Shown one piece after another: positions 45,619-59,191 of a DNA stretch of 64,000 nt. The first letter of the stretch is position 1. Each line of letters starts with the position of its first letter. The notes beneath the pieces were generated by a model that had not been told where the DNA came from, did no database searches, and worked only from the letters and a program-made list of their open reading frames with translations. Source of the DNA: Phaeosaccion multiseriatum (taxonomy: Eukaryota; Protista; Ochrophyta, other classes); assembly GCA_965112735.1 (NCBI GenBank), contig OZ218950.1:3410001-3474000 (forward strand), written 5' to 3'. The translations under genes and the position numbers were made by a program.

Positions 45619-48600
45619 TCAGGCCCATGCGTGGGGTGTCTTGGGAAAGAAGGGCGCCCCCACCGGAGATGCAAAATCGCCCCTGCCCCTGCTTTTGCCG
45701 ATGCCCCCACCCCTCCCCGACGGCGGAGGATGCCTCTTCAAGGTTCCTCGAGGAGGAGGGGGGGGCGTTCCCCACCCGGGACCAGCAGCCGCAGACAGCC
45801 GCGCGGAGGAGGAGGAGGAGGAGGACGGGGTGGCGGAGGGGGAGGCGGTGGGCGAGGAGAAGGCTCCACCTCCACCTGCAGCGGCCACAGCAGCGGCGGC
45901 GTTGGCCGTTCGGGGAGACATGCCCACATACCATGCGTCTTCGGAGATAGCAGCAGCTTCGATACCGCCGCCCCTCCTCACAGAGGCCGCGTAGGGCCGC
46001 TCCGAGCTGCCAATGTACAGCGTGGCCTCTCGCACCAAATACTCGTCGATGAAGTCGTCCGTGAAGCGGCTCTCTTCCGGCAGGGCCAGGATTTGTTCGG
46101 GGCTGGGGCGCGCGTCTGGAGACGGGTGCATGAGTTTGTCGCACATCTGTGAGCGTCGTTCGGAGCAAGAGCAAGAGCAGCAGCAGCAGCAGCAGCAGCA
46201 GGGGAGGTGAGTGAGTGAGGGATTGAGGGGAGGGGAGTATTGGCGACGACCGTCCTCTTCGAGTGTGCGTTGAAAGATCGACATGAACGGGTATTTAATG
46301 TACAATGATAGCATTGAACGTTGGTTGAACGGGTCTTTGGGGCAGCAGTTAATCAATCAACGTACCATCTGCATGCTCTCGCCTCGCATGGCCGGCAGCC
46401 TGGGCGCATTTCCGTCTCTGAGGAGATGCCACTCCTCCCCATGGTGAGGCAGGTCCTCCACGCCCGCAGCCAATTCGTAGAGCATCATACCGAGACTGAA
46501 CATGTCTGCGGAGGGGAAGCGCTCGTCGCAATTGAGCAGCTCCTGAGAGGGGGGGGAGGAGGCGGGAGCACGTGCAAGGAAGGAAGAGAGAGTTGAAAAA
46601 GAGGTGGGAGAGGAGGAGGAGGAGGAGGAGGAGGAGGAGGAGGAGCAGCAGCAGCGTAGTACGGGGTGCCGCTAATGTGCATACGATATCACACCAAGGC
46701 ACAGACAGCACAGGGTGGAGGCTTCAGTCCTCCCTCCCGCCCGTCACCGTTTACAGTCCAATCACGAGGGACAGGACAGAGAAAAGCAGGAGAGGAAAGG
46801 CTGGACAACTGCTTGCGCTCATATCTCACCTTGGGCATGTATGAGTCATCGCCCTCCGCCTCCTCGTCATTGCGGCCGAAGGCAGTGGCGAGGCCGAAGT
46901 CGCCAATCTTGAGGCGACCGCAGGCGCTAAGGAAGATGTTGGAAGGCTTAATGTCGAGGTGTACCCAGCCGGCCGAGTGGATATGCATGAGGCCTACGGA
47001 GGTGTCATGCAGCACCTTCCAGAGGGTGTCGTTGGGGATGCTGTCATGCGTCATGGGAGGCAAAAGGGGGAGAGGTACAAAGGTCAGGGGAATGAAAGAA
47101 GGGGGGGCGGACGAGAACATACTCCACGAAGAAGAAGCAGCAGCAGCAGCAGCAGCAGAAGAGGAAGAAGAAGTGGAAAGCTCACCCGAGTTTCGCCTTG
47201 GTGCGCTTGACAATGTCCGTCAAGCTGCCCAGCTCGCACAGCTCCGTCTGAAAGTAGAAGCGCGACCCCTCCACGCCGTCCTCTCCGCCCTCCTGCCACG
47301 CTGGGTGTGTGTGCGTTTGTGAGAGAGAGAGCGAGTGAGTGTACCTGCCTGGCGATCTCCTTAACGACGCTTATGCTCCAAAAGCAAACTCCCCCCTACC
47401 TCCACAATCACTTGCACACATCATGTTACATACTCACTGCCTCCCCCACAGCAACCCACACACTCACCCACTCACTCACTCACCTACACTCACTCACCTT
47501 GCTCGAAGTGCACAACATAGGGGCTCTTCTCCAACCGCTTCAAAGCCCGCACCTCCTGCAGCTTGTGCTCGCGGTCCTTGCGCGAGCGGAAGGGGTACTT
47601 GGACTTCTTGATGGCGTAGTATTGGCCATTCTTTTTGGACTTGGCTGTGAACACCTCGGCAAAGGCGCCTTCCCCGATCTTCACCAGGTGCGTAAAGTCC
47701 TTGTTCATCTCCACCCTGTCCTGCCCGCACTGTGTGTTGCACCGCCGTAGCTTCGCCCCTCCCATAATACGTCCCCGTCGTTCTCTTGCATCAGTACTGT
47801 CATTGCCACCACCCCCGCCGCCGTTCCTGCCGCTCTTGCTGCCACTTGTATCGCCCTCACCGCCAAACGTCCCGCCCGAGTGGCTGCCGCTGCTGCTGCT
47901 GCTGCTGCTGTATCCCAGGCTGCTACCGCTGTTGGTGCTGCCGTTACTACTGCTCCTCTTCAGCAGTACCTTTGTGCAGAACAGCGAGTCTCGCCGCACA
48001 AGATGTGCCCCGTTTGGTGCCTTCCTCACAGCTCGTTTCTTCTTCCGCTGCTGCCCCCCCTCCCCCTCCCCCTCCTCCTCGGCCTCCTCCTCGCTGCTAC
48101 TGCGCCGTGATAAGAAGCTCTGCTTGCCCAATTGGTCTCGGCCTTGCTGAGGGGCCGGAGATAACAACAGTCCGCCCCCCCGTGGCCTCAGAGGCAGAGG
48201 TCTGATCACATCGCCGCCTTCCCTTTCACGGCTCTCCCCCGGACTTGAGTGTGATGAGGGGTGGCTAAAGCCATGGAGGGCGCCATGGCGGCTCCCGCCT
48301 ATCGACGCGGCTCCCACGGGCATGCGTTGTGGAGTGGGAGGACACAGCGCCGCTCTTCCCTTGGACGCTCCCCAGGTACCTGCCGGAGATTTGATGGTAG
48401 GAGATGTAGTTACAGCGGCAGCAGCAGCAGCAGCAGCAGCAGCAACCCCGCCTCTGACCCCTCCTGCTGCCGCCTGTACCGCCTCTGCCACAGCCTCCAA
48501 TCCGACTCCTCCTCCTGCGGCCCCTCCTCCCGCTTGCCCGATCTTGTAAGACGATCTTTGTGCGCGTGATCTTGCGTCTTCCTCTTCTTGGATAGCGGCG

Positions 48601-49032
48601 GTGTCGATGCCCAGCGCACTCCGTCGAAGTCCGTCGCTCGCTGCTCGGCCTCGGAGTACCGAGGAGGACGCCGCCGGAGAGAGAGGCGCGCGAGGAGTGA
48701 GGCAGTCTCCCACCATCGTACTCGCAAAGCTATTGTCCATCATCGCCGGGCTTCTGCTGCTGTATACGCCATTGCTCTCACCCCCGCTACGCCATACAGT
48801 CTTTCCCTTTCCGTCTCCCTCTCCCTCCATCCGGATGCTGCCAAGGACGTTGGTGAAGGCGCTACGATTCTCAGCGTTGCTGTCCCCTCCGCCGTTGACA
48901 TGATACTCGAGTGCGCCCTTTCCTCCGCTGCCAACGTGGTCTATGGGACTGATGTTGTCCTCATATCGGGGTCGCGTCGGTGTCATGTTACTCAGAAAAC
49001 CCGAAAACCGGCCAGGCAGGGCCGTGACATCT

Positions 49033-49067
<35 letters not shown>

Positions 49068-50858
49068 CCCCCCCTCCTCCCCATCATCACTGGAAAAGCT
49101 CTGCTCTCGCATTCTCTCCGGTTCCCGTCCTCCACCTCCACCATGTCTTGTTCTTCCTCCCATCGCACAGCCCACCCCCTTTCCGTTTTTGGACGGGGTC
49201 CTTGTCGGTTCGCCCTTTTCGGCCGGGGAGAAGTGCAAAGCAGATCGGGACGAGAATAAGCCTTTGGAGGATGACCACGGTGACGCCCTAGACGTCGGTG
49301 TGGTGTCGCCGCCCTTGTTGCCCTCCCCGCCCGTCATGTCTAGCAGCAGCTTGCCCATGCCTCTTTCACCCTCTCGAGCGTCGTTGGCAGCATCTGCTGA
49401 GGTCACACTCTTGGGCGACGACCCGCCAGACGAGGAGCCGGAGCCCCAACTGCCATTCCTTAAGCGCGGACGAGGACTGATGCCATTCTTCGAGGTGCGT
49501 TCACCGCCCTCCTTTTTCTCTCCTCCCTGTCCCTCTTCCCCTCCCCCACCACCAATTTCCACTGCAAGAGCGCCCCCCTTGTTCCAACCCTTCGCCTCTC
49601 CCTCCTCCTTGAACTCTTCATCGCAGCTACTGAGACTGCTCAGACTGTCGAAACGGCTCCTTCCCCTCGCGGCCCCCATCCCTGCCTCCGTATCCAGTGT
49701 CACGTCCTGAGCAGCGCCCAATCCGTGCATAAATACCGCTGCCTCCTGCTGCCCCTGCCCGCCACTGCTGCTGCTGCTGCTGCTGCTGCTTTCCCCCCCC
49801 TCCACCTGCCCCTCGTCCCCATGGGCACTTTGCCGTATTGAAAAGTCTTCAACAGGGCTGTAGCTTGAGCTACGAATAGGACTCAGCCCATCCAAAAGGC
49901 CGTCCAATACTCTCCCCCTGCGCTGCAAGTCGCGATGTGGTCCGGCCATGTCCTCTTCGTACTCCTCCCCGTCCGCCTCGTTGTCAGTTTTGTGTTGCTG
50001 CCAGGCCCCGGTGTCCTGGCTCCCCTCCGTCAGTCGCTTGGCCGCTTCCAGCTTGGGCAGGGATTCTGGGAAATTCTCGCCAAAACGGAGAGCTCCGGGG
50101 GAAGTGTGCGAGCGGCCCTCACTCCCAGGGGATGGTGGCGAGGCACAGCCACTGCTAGTAGCACCAGCACAGCCGGTTGATGAGCCTTCCTCTGGCTGAC
50201 CAGCACGAGCGCCATCCGCATCCTTCCGCTTGCCAGCCACAACTTGCGCAGTAGCTGCTGTCGCGGTTGTGGCTCCCGCGCGGTGAAGGTTCGGCTTCTT
50301 GGCAGGACTACCGTTCCTTGCCCAGAGCACGGTGGCCTCGCCGCTACTGGTCCACTTCTCTCTGGACCAGTGTCTTTCTGCCCCCCCTCCCTCTGTTCCT
50401 CCATCTCTCTCGCCCCGCGATGGACTCCTTTCCTTTCGCTTGCCCGGAGAGGGCAAGGCCATAATCGCGCCCCTGTACGCAGTAGAGCTCCCTATGCCAA
50501 GAGCGGCCCTCGTCGTTGGGGCATCGAGGGCACCTCCACCCGTGCGTTTCTCTCTGGCCGGGCGGAGGCTTCCACAAGAGAAAGATTGGCTGAGGCGCTG
50601 ATACTGGCCTGCATCGGGCGCTAAAGACACCCCGCCGCTGCCCCCCCTTCTCCTGTCACTACCGCGGGGGCTGCTCAGTTTCTCTTGCTCTCGGGGTGGC
50701 TGGAGCCCGTGTTGCCGACCTCGCCTGCCAAGCACGTAGGAGCGGCGCAGCTGCTGTGGAGGTGGTGGTGCCGCCGCCGGCACCATCCGCGACTGCTCGT
50801 CTTCTCCTGCGGGCGCAGCAGCAGCAGCAGCAGCAGTGGTAGTAGCGTACGGCCACAT
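45619..50858 (-). CDS. Wee1/Myt1-family kinase with a very long disordered N-terminus
   Basis: IGEGAFAEVF, YAIKKSK.PFRS.KDR..KLQEV, AWQE, QTELC, HLDIKPSNIF, KIGDFGLA, EGDDSYMPKELL, ADMFSLG, LP..GEEWH.LR.G. Confidence 0.9.
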
Positions 50859-51663
50859 TCTACTGCGGGCTGCGCCCTCGGCTCCTGCTCTGCCTCTTCC
50901 TCCCGCTCCCCCCCTCTCGGTGGAAGGGGGGAAACGCTGCGTGTGCCGGGGGAGTGACGGTATTGCAGGGAGTGGAGGAGATAATGAGATAGATAGACAC
51001 CCGGACAGCCCAAGAGGAAAGATGAGGAGGCGGGTCAAGAGGCGGTTTGGGGGAGCAAGGACGTCCCACTGTTGCAAAAGATCGTTCTACGCAAACTTGG
51101 GCAGTACTTGAGGGGTCAATCAGCTCCTTCCTCAGAGGCGGTAGCAGTAGAAGTAGCAGCAGAAGAAGAAGTATGCAGCGCGCAACGAAGCCTTTGCAGG
51201 CAATCACGGTTGCTCACCACCCACCTGGTCGGTGGCCGTTTGAGGATTACCCAAAGCCGCACTTCCTCCTTCTGGCAAAGCAACACAACCCCGGTAGATA
51301 AGCGCAACCCTACCTCCTCGGCAATGCTCTCTTAAAGACGCCGCCTTATGCACCGCTTTAATTCTTTCTTGTGGGTGTTTTGTGCGCGGTGGTGAAGGTC
51401 AGGGTTGGGCGGAGAGGAGTTTGAGTTTCCGCCAGTGGGGAAATTCAAATTGGCGCAATTTGATTGCAATTTGGTGGTGGTTGCCTTCGAGTGGTATGCC
51501 TTCTTTCTGTGTGTTATGGTCTTCTCTGTGTGTTATGGTCTCCGCCTAAAGCACTTCCTTACTACACCTCCTGCCTTGACTTGGGGGGCACTACTTTAAA
51601 CTACTTCCCCTCACCCGCCTCTGGGATGCCATACCATTCGGCCCCGCCTCTTCCCCTCCTCAA

Positions 51664-52235
51664 TCACGAGTCACTGAGAAGCGTTTTGAGGCCCTTCGCC
51701 CACAGCTTCCCTCGCGACTTGAGAGGCATGATGAGCAGCTCAGGCTCTCCCTTGGAAACGCCGATGAGCATTCGACGGGCGACTCGGTCGGGGTCCATGC
51801 CCTGCTGGAGGGCATTGTCCGGCTTGCCGTGAGTGCTGCCATCGGCGTTGACGGCGTTGAGGCTCAGGTTAGAGGCCGTCCATCCAGGGTACACCGTCGT
51901 GACCTTGGGGAGAGGAGTATGAATGGGAAGCAGGAGGAGCAGGAGTAGGAGGAGGAGGAAGAGGCGGACGGAGGAGGAGGCGGAGGGATGAGGAGGGCGT
52001 GGGGAAGGAGGACTCACATTCGTTTCCTTACGGTGGAGGACAAGATACAGACAAACAGCTGAATGTGAAGCGCTTGCATGCGGCCCTCTTTCTCCTTCGC
52101 ACCTTGACATTGTCAGCCGCCACCTCGGCTCGAAGAGAGTCAAAGTAGCCCCGAATGGCGTGCTTAGAGGCAACGTTGCTGTTGTTGATGGGGGCAGCGG
52201 CGGTCAGGGTGGATGAGAGTAGCGCAAGTAGTAGT

Positions 52236-52272
<37 letters not shown>

Positions 52273-53568
52273 GGGGAGAAGGGAGCACAGCACACAGGGG
52301 GGAAAGAAACAAAAAAGAACAACAAATCACCCCTTTCCCCCCACCCCCCCTCCCCCTCGTTGTCCTCCGATAGCCAACGATGAGCAAGACATCTTCGATA
52401 CCTTGATCGCTCGGGTGCCCCCTCGAAGCCGTGCAGCCCGCTCATGACGACAATGTGCCCCTTCCCTCGCACCTCCATGGGCTTCAACACGCACTGGGTG
52501 AGCGCCACGCAGCCCTCAAAGTTGGTCTGCATCACCTTCTCCATTGCCTCCAGCGACGTGTCCTCGGCCAAGCCCCTGCTGGACACTCCGGCGTTACACA
52601 TGAGTATGTCAATGGGGCAGGTGCCGCCCTCGCCCTCCATCCCTTCGTGGAAGCCTTCGTAAATATCATTCTGTGCCTTTTTAAGCGCCGCTGGGAATGA
52701 CGCCACATCTGTAACATCCAGTGGGATCACCTGTGTGTGGCCCCGAGAGAGAAAGGAGGGAGAGGTAAGGCAAGGTAAGGTAAGGTGAGTTGAGTTGAGT
52801 TGAGGTGGGTGGGCGCGGCGGGGCGGGGCGTTCGACCTGCAGCGGGCGTTCGACTTGGCTGCAGAAGCACTGGAGAGATGCAAGCTCAACGAGGTCGTCT
52901 TGGGTTCCGCTGAAAGGTCACCTCTCAACGGGCGGCCCTCCATCGAGACCACACGTCTTCAGTCCCCCGCGCCGCTCCCCTCGCTTTGAGTGTCGGAGCC
53001 CCACCACACCGAAATCACTGGCTACACTCACCAACTCACCCACTCACCCCCCTCACTCACTCCCTCACTCACACACTTCACACACCCACCCACTCACTCA
53101 CTCACTCTCACTCACTCTCCCTCACTCTCACTCACTCACCCCCCCCCCACTCCCTCACTCAATCAGTCAGTCCCTCACTCACATTCGCAACCTCGTCGGC
53201 GATCAACTCTCGAACGAAGGCACTGAGTGGTGAGTACCCCACCGCCTTCTTCCAGCTCAGGCGACAAGCAAGGCGGACTCTCTCCAACGCTTCCTCGTTC
53301 CGTCCACTCAGAATCACCTTTGGGGGCGGAGAGTAAAGAGTAGAGTGGGTGTAGGGTCGTCAGAAGGGGGTAAGAGGACTGAAAAGGCACCCCCTGTTGC
53401 TGCAGGAGGCGGCAAGCAAGGGCAGGGCGGCAGCCATTGTGACCTCCCTTGGCGAATTTATTCACTCCGCAACATCGACAGGAATGGAGTCTTTGCTTCG
53501 CTTCGCTTCGCCTTACCATACTTGCTGCGCTCATCGCCCTCCTTCCCTCTCTCGCTCCTCCCTCCATT

Positions 53569-53632
<64 letters not shown>

Positions 53633-55241
53633 CCCCCCACACACACGCACCTTGGCTCCGCAGACCGCGAGGTTGATGGCCAAACGCTCGCCAATTCCCG
53701 AGCTGGCTCCGGTCACCCACACCACCTTGTCGTGATAGAACTTTTGCACACTCCTGGGGAAGGGCTTGATCTTCTCTGCCTGAGAATAGTCTTCCTCGCT
53801 ATAGTCGAAGCGCTCAGGGTGGTCCTCCGCTTCGTCCAGGGCCTCCATCATGTAGGCCATTTGCTCGCGAGGCTTCTCTCCGTCGGAAACGTACTTGCGC
53901 ACCCACTTCCATTTCAATCATTGGAGGGGAGGGGCGGGGAGAGGAGGGAGGGTCGGGGATATACCGGGCCAGATCAGAGGCAGAGTAGGGGACACTTGAC
54001 GAAGAAAGGGGAGGGAGTGCATGGGCAAAGAGCCGTGACCACCTTGGTCTACAGCTTGCATTCTTCCCTCCAGACGACTGACTGCCTGCCTGCCTGCCTG
54101 CCTACCTGCCACCGACTCACTCATTCACTGCGTCACTGGCTCACAACACGAGGAGGTCCACCTACCTTGAGTTCCTTCGGGTTGTCCTCGAGGATAATCT
54201 CTGCGTCTGAGCCTCTCAGCTCGGAAACGAGAGTGGCCTCCATGAGGGGCTGCATCAGTGTGACCGACTCCTCCTCTCCCTTGCCCCACACCAAATCACG
54301 CGCCCGACTCATCTGTTCGGAGGGCGAAGGGAAAGGCACCCGACAAAGGATGGGTTGGGCCATGATCTAATGCGAAGCCGGCACTTTGACACACGTCGCC
54401 GTGTCCCTACAGAGGAAAAGACAGGCAACAAAGGAAGTACACGGATTGGGCCTCCGCTTACCTTCACGCCGAGATCCCACTTGTCCAAGAACAAGTCGCT
54501 GCCCGCCCCTCCCCTTTCCTGCTCCACGCCGGCGGCTCTCTCCTCTGAGATGGTCGGACCGGCCGGTATGGCGGGGGGTGGTGGTGGTGGTGGTGGTGGT
54601 GGTGGTGGCAGTGGCGGCAGTCGCTCTGATGGCTCTAATGGGTCTGATGGCAGCACCACCTTGATCGCTTTGCTTGGATCAGTCTTGTCCACCAAATATA
54701 TTCCTCCCTCTGCTCCGTCACCCCAGCCTTCATTCCTGCCGGGTGGCTTGCCCCCCTTCGCCATGGCAGACTTGAATATGCTGTCTGCCGTGACGCCCTC
54801 GCCTCCTTCAACGCCCTCTACCTCCATCAGCAGCTCTGCCATCTCCCCAAACTCGCCCCAGCTCGGCATGCCGCCCGGTCCTCGCCCCTCCTTCCGTCTG
54901 TGCTTCTCCATCAACTGCCGCACTCGTTCCTCGGCTGACAAGCCTCGCTTGGGCGGTGGTTCTGGTGGGGGTGCCGAGGACGTTGCCGACGGCACCGGCG
55001 CTGGTGCAGGAAGCAGGTTCTCATCCGCGGGACCGGGAGTGGGCAGAATGGTTTGAGACAGCCCCGAAGGCCTCCTCCACAGCCGGCCACTGCCACCACA
55101 GCTGCTGCTTCGAGGGCGGCTCCAGTGCACTGCCGTGCCGCGGGAGCAAACCTCTCCCTGGAAGGACAGGACAGGCGCAGGTGGCATCTCCATCAACCCC
55201 ACCCCCAGGCCCATCATCATGGCCATTCGACTTCGCTTCAT
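51664..55241 (-). CDS. DHRS7-like short-chain dehydrogenase/reductase with a long N-terminal extension; catalytic residues apparently lost
   Basis: KVVWVTGASSGIG, VILSGRNEEAL, IPLDVT, IDILMCNAGVSSR, TNFEG.VALT, ASKHAIRGYFDSLRAEV, VTTVYPG. Joining the 5' exons (55241-54166) to the SDR core is a phase-0 inference. Confidence 0.8.
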
Positions 55242-55514
55242 ACCTTCTTTTCTACCCTCTGCTCTCTGGTTGAACGGCCATCCACTGCCATCCCTTCGAG
55301 AACGGACACCGATCTCAAATCCACGCCATCCGCACCACAATCTTTGTTTTTGACTCAGCCTGTGACAAGAGAAGAAGGAGGAGGACTCGAGCAATCGCCG
55401 CTGCACAGACAACTGGCGTTGCGTTGGCCTGCAGAAAGCAGAGCAAGAGCCCCAGGGTTCCAAGAGAAATCCAATCCTGTGTCAGCTTGACTATTCAAAC
55501 TCAGATTCAAGAAG

Positions 55515-57812
55515 ATGAGCCCCGCTCCCTCCGCCCCGGCGCTGGCGGCGCTGGCCCTGATGCTTGGCAATCCTGCGGCCCAGGCCTTCGTGACGCAGGT
55601 ACCCATCAATGGAGGAGGGGCGCCAGCAGCTCCGACCACAGCAGGAGCACGAGCCGCTCCCACCATGCAATCGTCCGCCCTCGCCCACTCGAGGGGGGGC
55701 AGCCGCCCCGCCATGCTGTCCTCATCCCCCTTCCGCGACGCCCGAGCTGGCGCTTCGATTGCCGCCTCCACCTCCGCCCACCTCCGCCGCGCTCTCGGGC
55801 GCAGCAGCGGCAACAGCAGTAGCCTGGAGCGGCGAAGCGCCGTGGCGCTTCGGATGGTGTCGGGAGGCGGAGAAGGCACGGCTGGCAGCGCGGGGTCGGC
55901 GGGGCCGCTCAACCCGGAGAAGTTCACAGAGAAGGCGTGGGAGGCCTTCACTAGGCTGCCTGGGCTCGCAGATGAGCACGGGCAGTCCGCTCTGGATGCG
56001 GAGATGCTCTTCAAGGCCATGCTCGACGACGGACCGGACGGACTCGCGCAAAGGATCCTCATCAAGGCGGGCGCCAACGTGGGAGACGTGGAGTCCAAGC
56101 TGGACGTGCACTTGAGCAGCCTGCCCAAGCTGAGCGACACGTCCGTGGCCAAGAACGTGGGCAGCAACCTCACCAAGGCCATGACAGCGGCCGACAGGAT
56201 CAAGGCCGACTTTGGCGATACCTTTGTGAGTGTGGAGCACCTCATGCTGGCCATCGTGGAGGACGCGATGGGGCCCGTGGCCATGGCGCTCAAGCAGCAG
56301 GGCATCACCTCTACCATCCTGGCGCAGGCGGTGGAGGCCGTGCGTGGCAAGCACAATGTCACCACCAAGAACCCCGAGGCCAGCTACGAGGCACTGGAGA
56401 AGTACAGCAGGGATCTCACCTTGGCAGCTAGGCAGGGCAAGCTCGACCCCGTCATCGGCAGGGACGATGAGATTCGACGCACCATTCAGATCCTCTCCCG
56501 CAGAACCAAGAACAACCCCATTCTGCTGGGAGAGCCTGGAGTGGGCAAGACGGCCATTGCCGAGGGACTGGCGCAGCGCATCTGCTCGGGGGACGTGCCG
56601 GAGTCGCTCAAGGGGCGCACACTCATGAACCTCGACATGGGGGCGCTCATTGCAGGGGCCAAGTACCGCGGAGAGTTCGAGGAGAGGCTCAAGGCGGTGC
56701 TCAAGGAGGTGTCGGAGGCGGACGGGCAGGTCATTCTCTTCATCGATGAGATTCACACCGTGGTCGGGGCCGGGGCGGCGGGCGGGGCAATGGACGCCTC
56801 CAACCTGCTCAAGCCTATGCTTGCGCGAGGAGAGCTGAGGTGCATCGGAGCCACCACGCTCACCGAGTACAAGCAGAACATTGAGCAGGACAAGGCCCTG
56901 GAGAGGCGCTTCCAGCAGGTCTATGTCAAGCAGCCCACGGTGGAGGACACCATCAGCATCCTGCGTGGGCTCAAGGACCGATACGAAGTGCACCATGGCG
57001 TGCGCATTCGCGACAACGCACTCGTGGCCGCGGCTCAGCTGTCGCATCGCTACATTTCGGACCGCTTCCTGCCGGACAAGGCTATCGACCTTGTGGACGA
57101 AGCCGCTGCCAAGCTCAATATTGAAGTCACCTCCAAGCCGCAGGTGCTGGACGAGGTGGACAGGCGCATGATTCAGCTGGAGATGGAGAAGCTGTCGCTC
57201 ACCAAGGACACCACTCGCGACGCGGCGGAGCGCATGGGGCAGATCGATGGCGAGCTGAGGAGCTTGCTGTCGCAGCAGGAGGAGCTGCAGGCGTCGTGGG
57301 AGAAGGAGAAGGGCAAGGTGACGTCTGTGCAGGAGCTCAAGGAGAAGATTGACACCATCAAGGTGGACATTGAGGCGGCGGAGCGCGACTACGACCTCAA
57401 CAAGGCTGCTGAGCTCAAGTATGACATGCTCCCTAAGCTCCTGAGTCAGCTTGAGGAGGAGGAGAAGCTCATGAATGCCGACGGAGTGGATGTGTCCGAC
57501 AGGATTCTCAGGGACGAGGTGCTGCCCGACGACATTGCGGGGGTGGTGGCGGCATGGACGGGCATCCCCCCTGGCAAGCTGCTGGAGACGGAGAGGGAGA
57601 AGCTGCTGCACTTGGAGGACGAGCTGCACGATCGCGTGGTGGGGCAGAACGAGGCGGTGCAGGCCGTTGCCGAGGCCATTCAGCGGTCCCGAGCAGGCAT
57701 GTCCGACCCCGAGAAGCCCATTGCCTCCTTTGTGTTTTTGGGCCCCACGGGTGTGGGCAAGACGGAGCTGTGCAAGACGCTGGCCACGTACATGTTTGAC
57801 TCAGACGAGAGC

Positions 57813-57844
<32 letters not shown>

Positions 57845-58727
57845 GAAGCACTCCGTGTCGAGGCTCATCGGCGCTCCTCCCGGCTATGTGGGGTACGACG
57901 AGGGGGGGCAGCTGACCGACTCGGTGAGGAGGCACCCGTACTCGGTCATTCTGTTCGACGAGATGGAAAAGGCACACACGGACGTGTTCAACATTATGCT
58001 GCAGCTGCTGGACGATGGGCGGGTGACGGACAGCAAGGGCACGGTGGTCAACTTTTGCAACACGATTGTCATCTTCACGAGCAACGTGGGGTCCTCCTCC
58101 ATCCTGGACCTTGCCGGGCAGGAGGGGGCGAAGGACGAGATGCGAAGGAGGGTGATGGGAGCCATGCAGGACCAGTTCAGACCTGAGTTCCTCAACCGCG
58201 TGGACGAGTTTGTCATTTTCGACTCGCTGAATCTCAAGGAAATGGCCTCCATCGCCCAACTGGAGCTGCAGAAGGTAACGAAGCGCCTCGCCGACCGCAA
58301 GGTGACGCTCACCGCGTCGCAGGAGGGCCTCAGCTTGCTGGCGGAGAGGGGCTATGACCCTGCCTACGGGGCCAGGCCTCTCAAGCGAGTCATCCAGAGG
58401 CTGGTGGAGACGCCGGTTGCCAAGGGCATCATCGGGGGCAAGATTGCCTCAGGTGACATGGTGGAGGTGACGGCGAGGGACGGGCTCTTGTCCATCGACG
58501 TGGTGCTTCCCACGGGCGAGCGACAGACTGTCGACACGCCCGATCGAGCGCCCGCCTCCAAGTCAACGTGGCAAGAGCAGCCCATGTTCCACGACTACTC
58601 CGATGACTTGGACCACGACCTCCCTCCTATCATCGATGTCGGCCCGCCGGGTGGGCAGGGCGGGGGGGGGGCTGTGGTGCCACCCGTCCCGACGGAGAGG
58701 TCTGATGACAGCCCCCTCACAGCATAG
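55515..58727 (+). CDS. clpB: ClpB/Hsp100 disaggregase, plastid-targeted, intronless
   Basis: Signal peptide plus QAF motif; [15 protein letters not shown]; Walker A motifs GEPGVGKT and GPTGVGKT; M-domain coiled coil; [26 protein letters not shown]; GARPLKR. Confidence 0.97.
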
Positions 58728-59191
58728 GAAGGTCTGACGACATCGCCCTCACAGCGTAGGAAGGCAGGCAGAGGCTCACAGGCTCACAGGCTCACAGGGC
58801 TCTAAAGCCGCAGAATACTATGGATTAAGTAACTAATAACTGGCTGAGGGAAGTGGAGAGAGTGGAGGCAAGAGACAGACGAATGTATGATTATATGATT
58901 ATATGGTAGTAAGGCCACACATGAGGCCAGGCGGGAGAAGCGGGGGCTCCTTGAGGGAGACAAACAACACCCCTAACAACAACAAAAACAACGACAAACA
59001 ATCACACCACAAATGGTAGTAAAAACATTTAAAACTCTACACTTACGACAGTTCCATTTGTAAAAGGGAAAAGGGACTTTTTGTTCATGAGAAAGTCCCA
59101 TCGCTGTGGAGGGGCAGGCAACATACATTTCCTTTCCTTTTCTTCACATCACAACCAATCAATCTATATGATACATAAAACGGGCTGTGCT

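Noticed and set aside
55722-57629. 635-aa ORF antisense to ClpB
   Set aside because: Shadow ORF expected from the strong GC3 codon bias of ClpB; it has no motifs.
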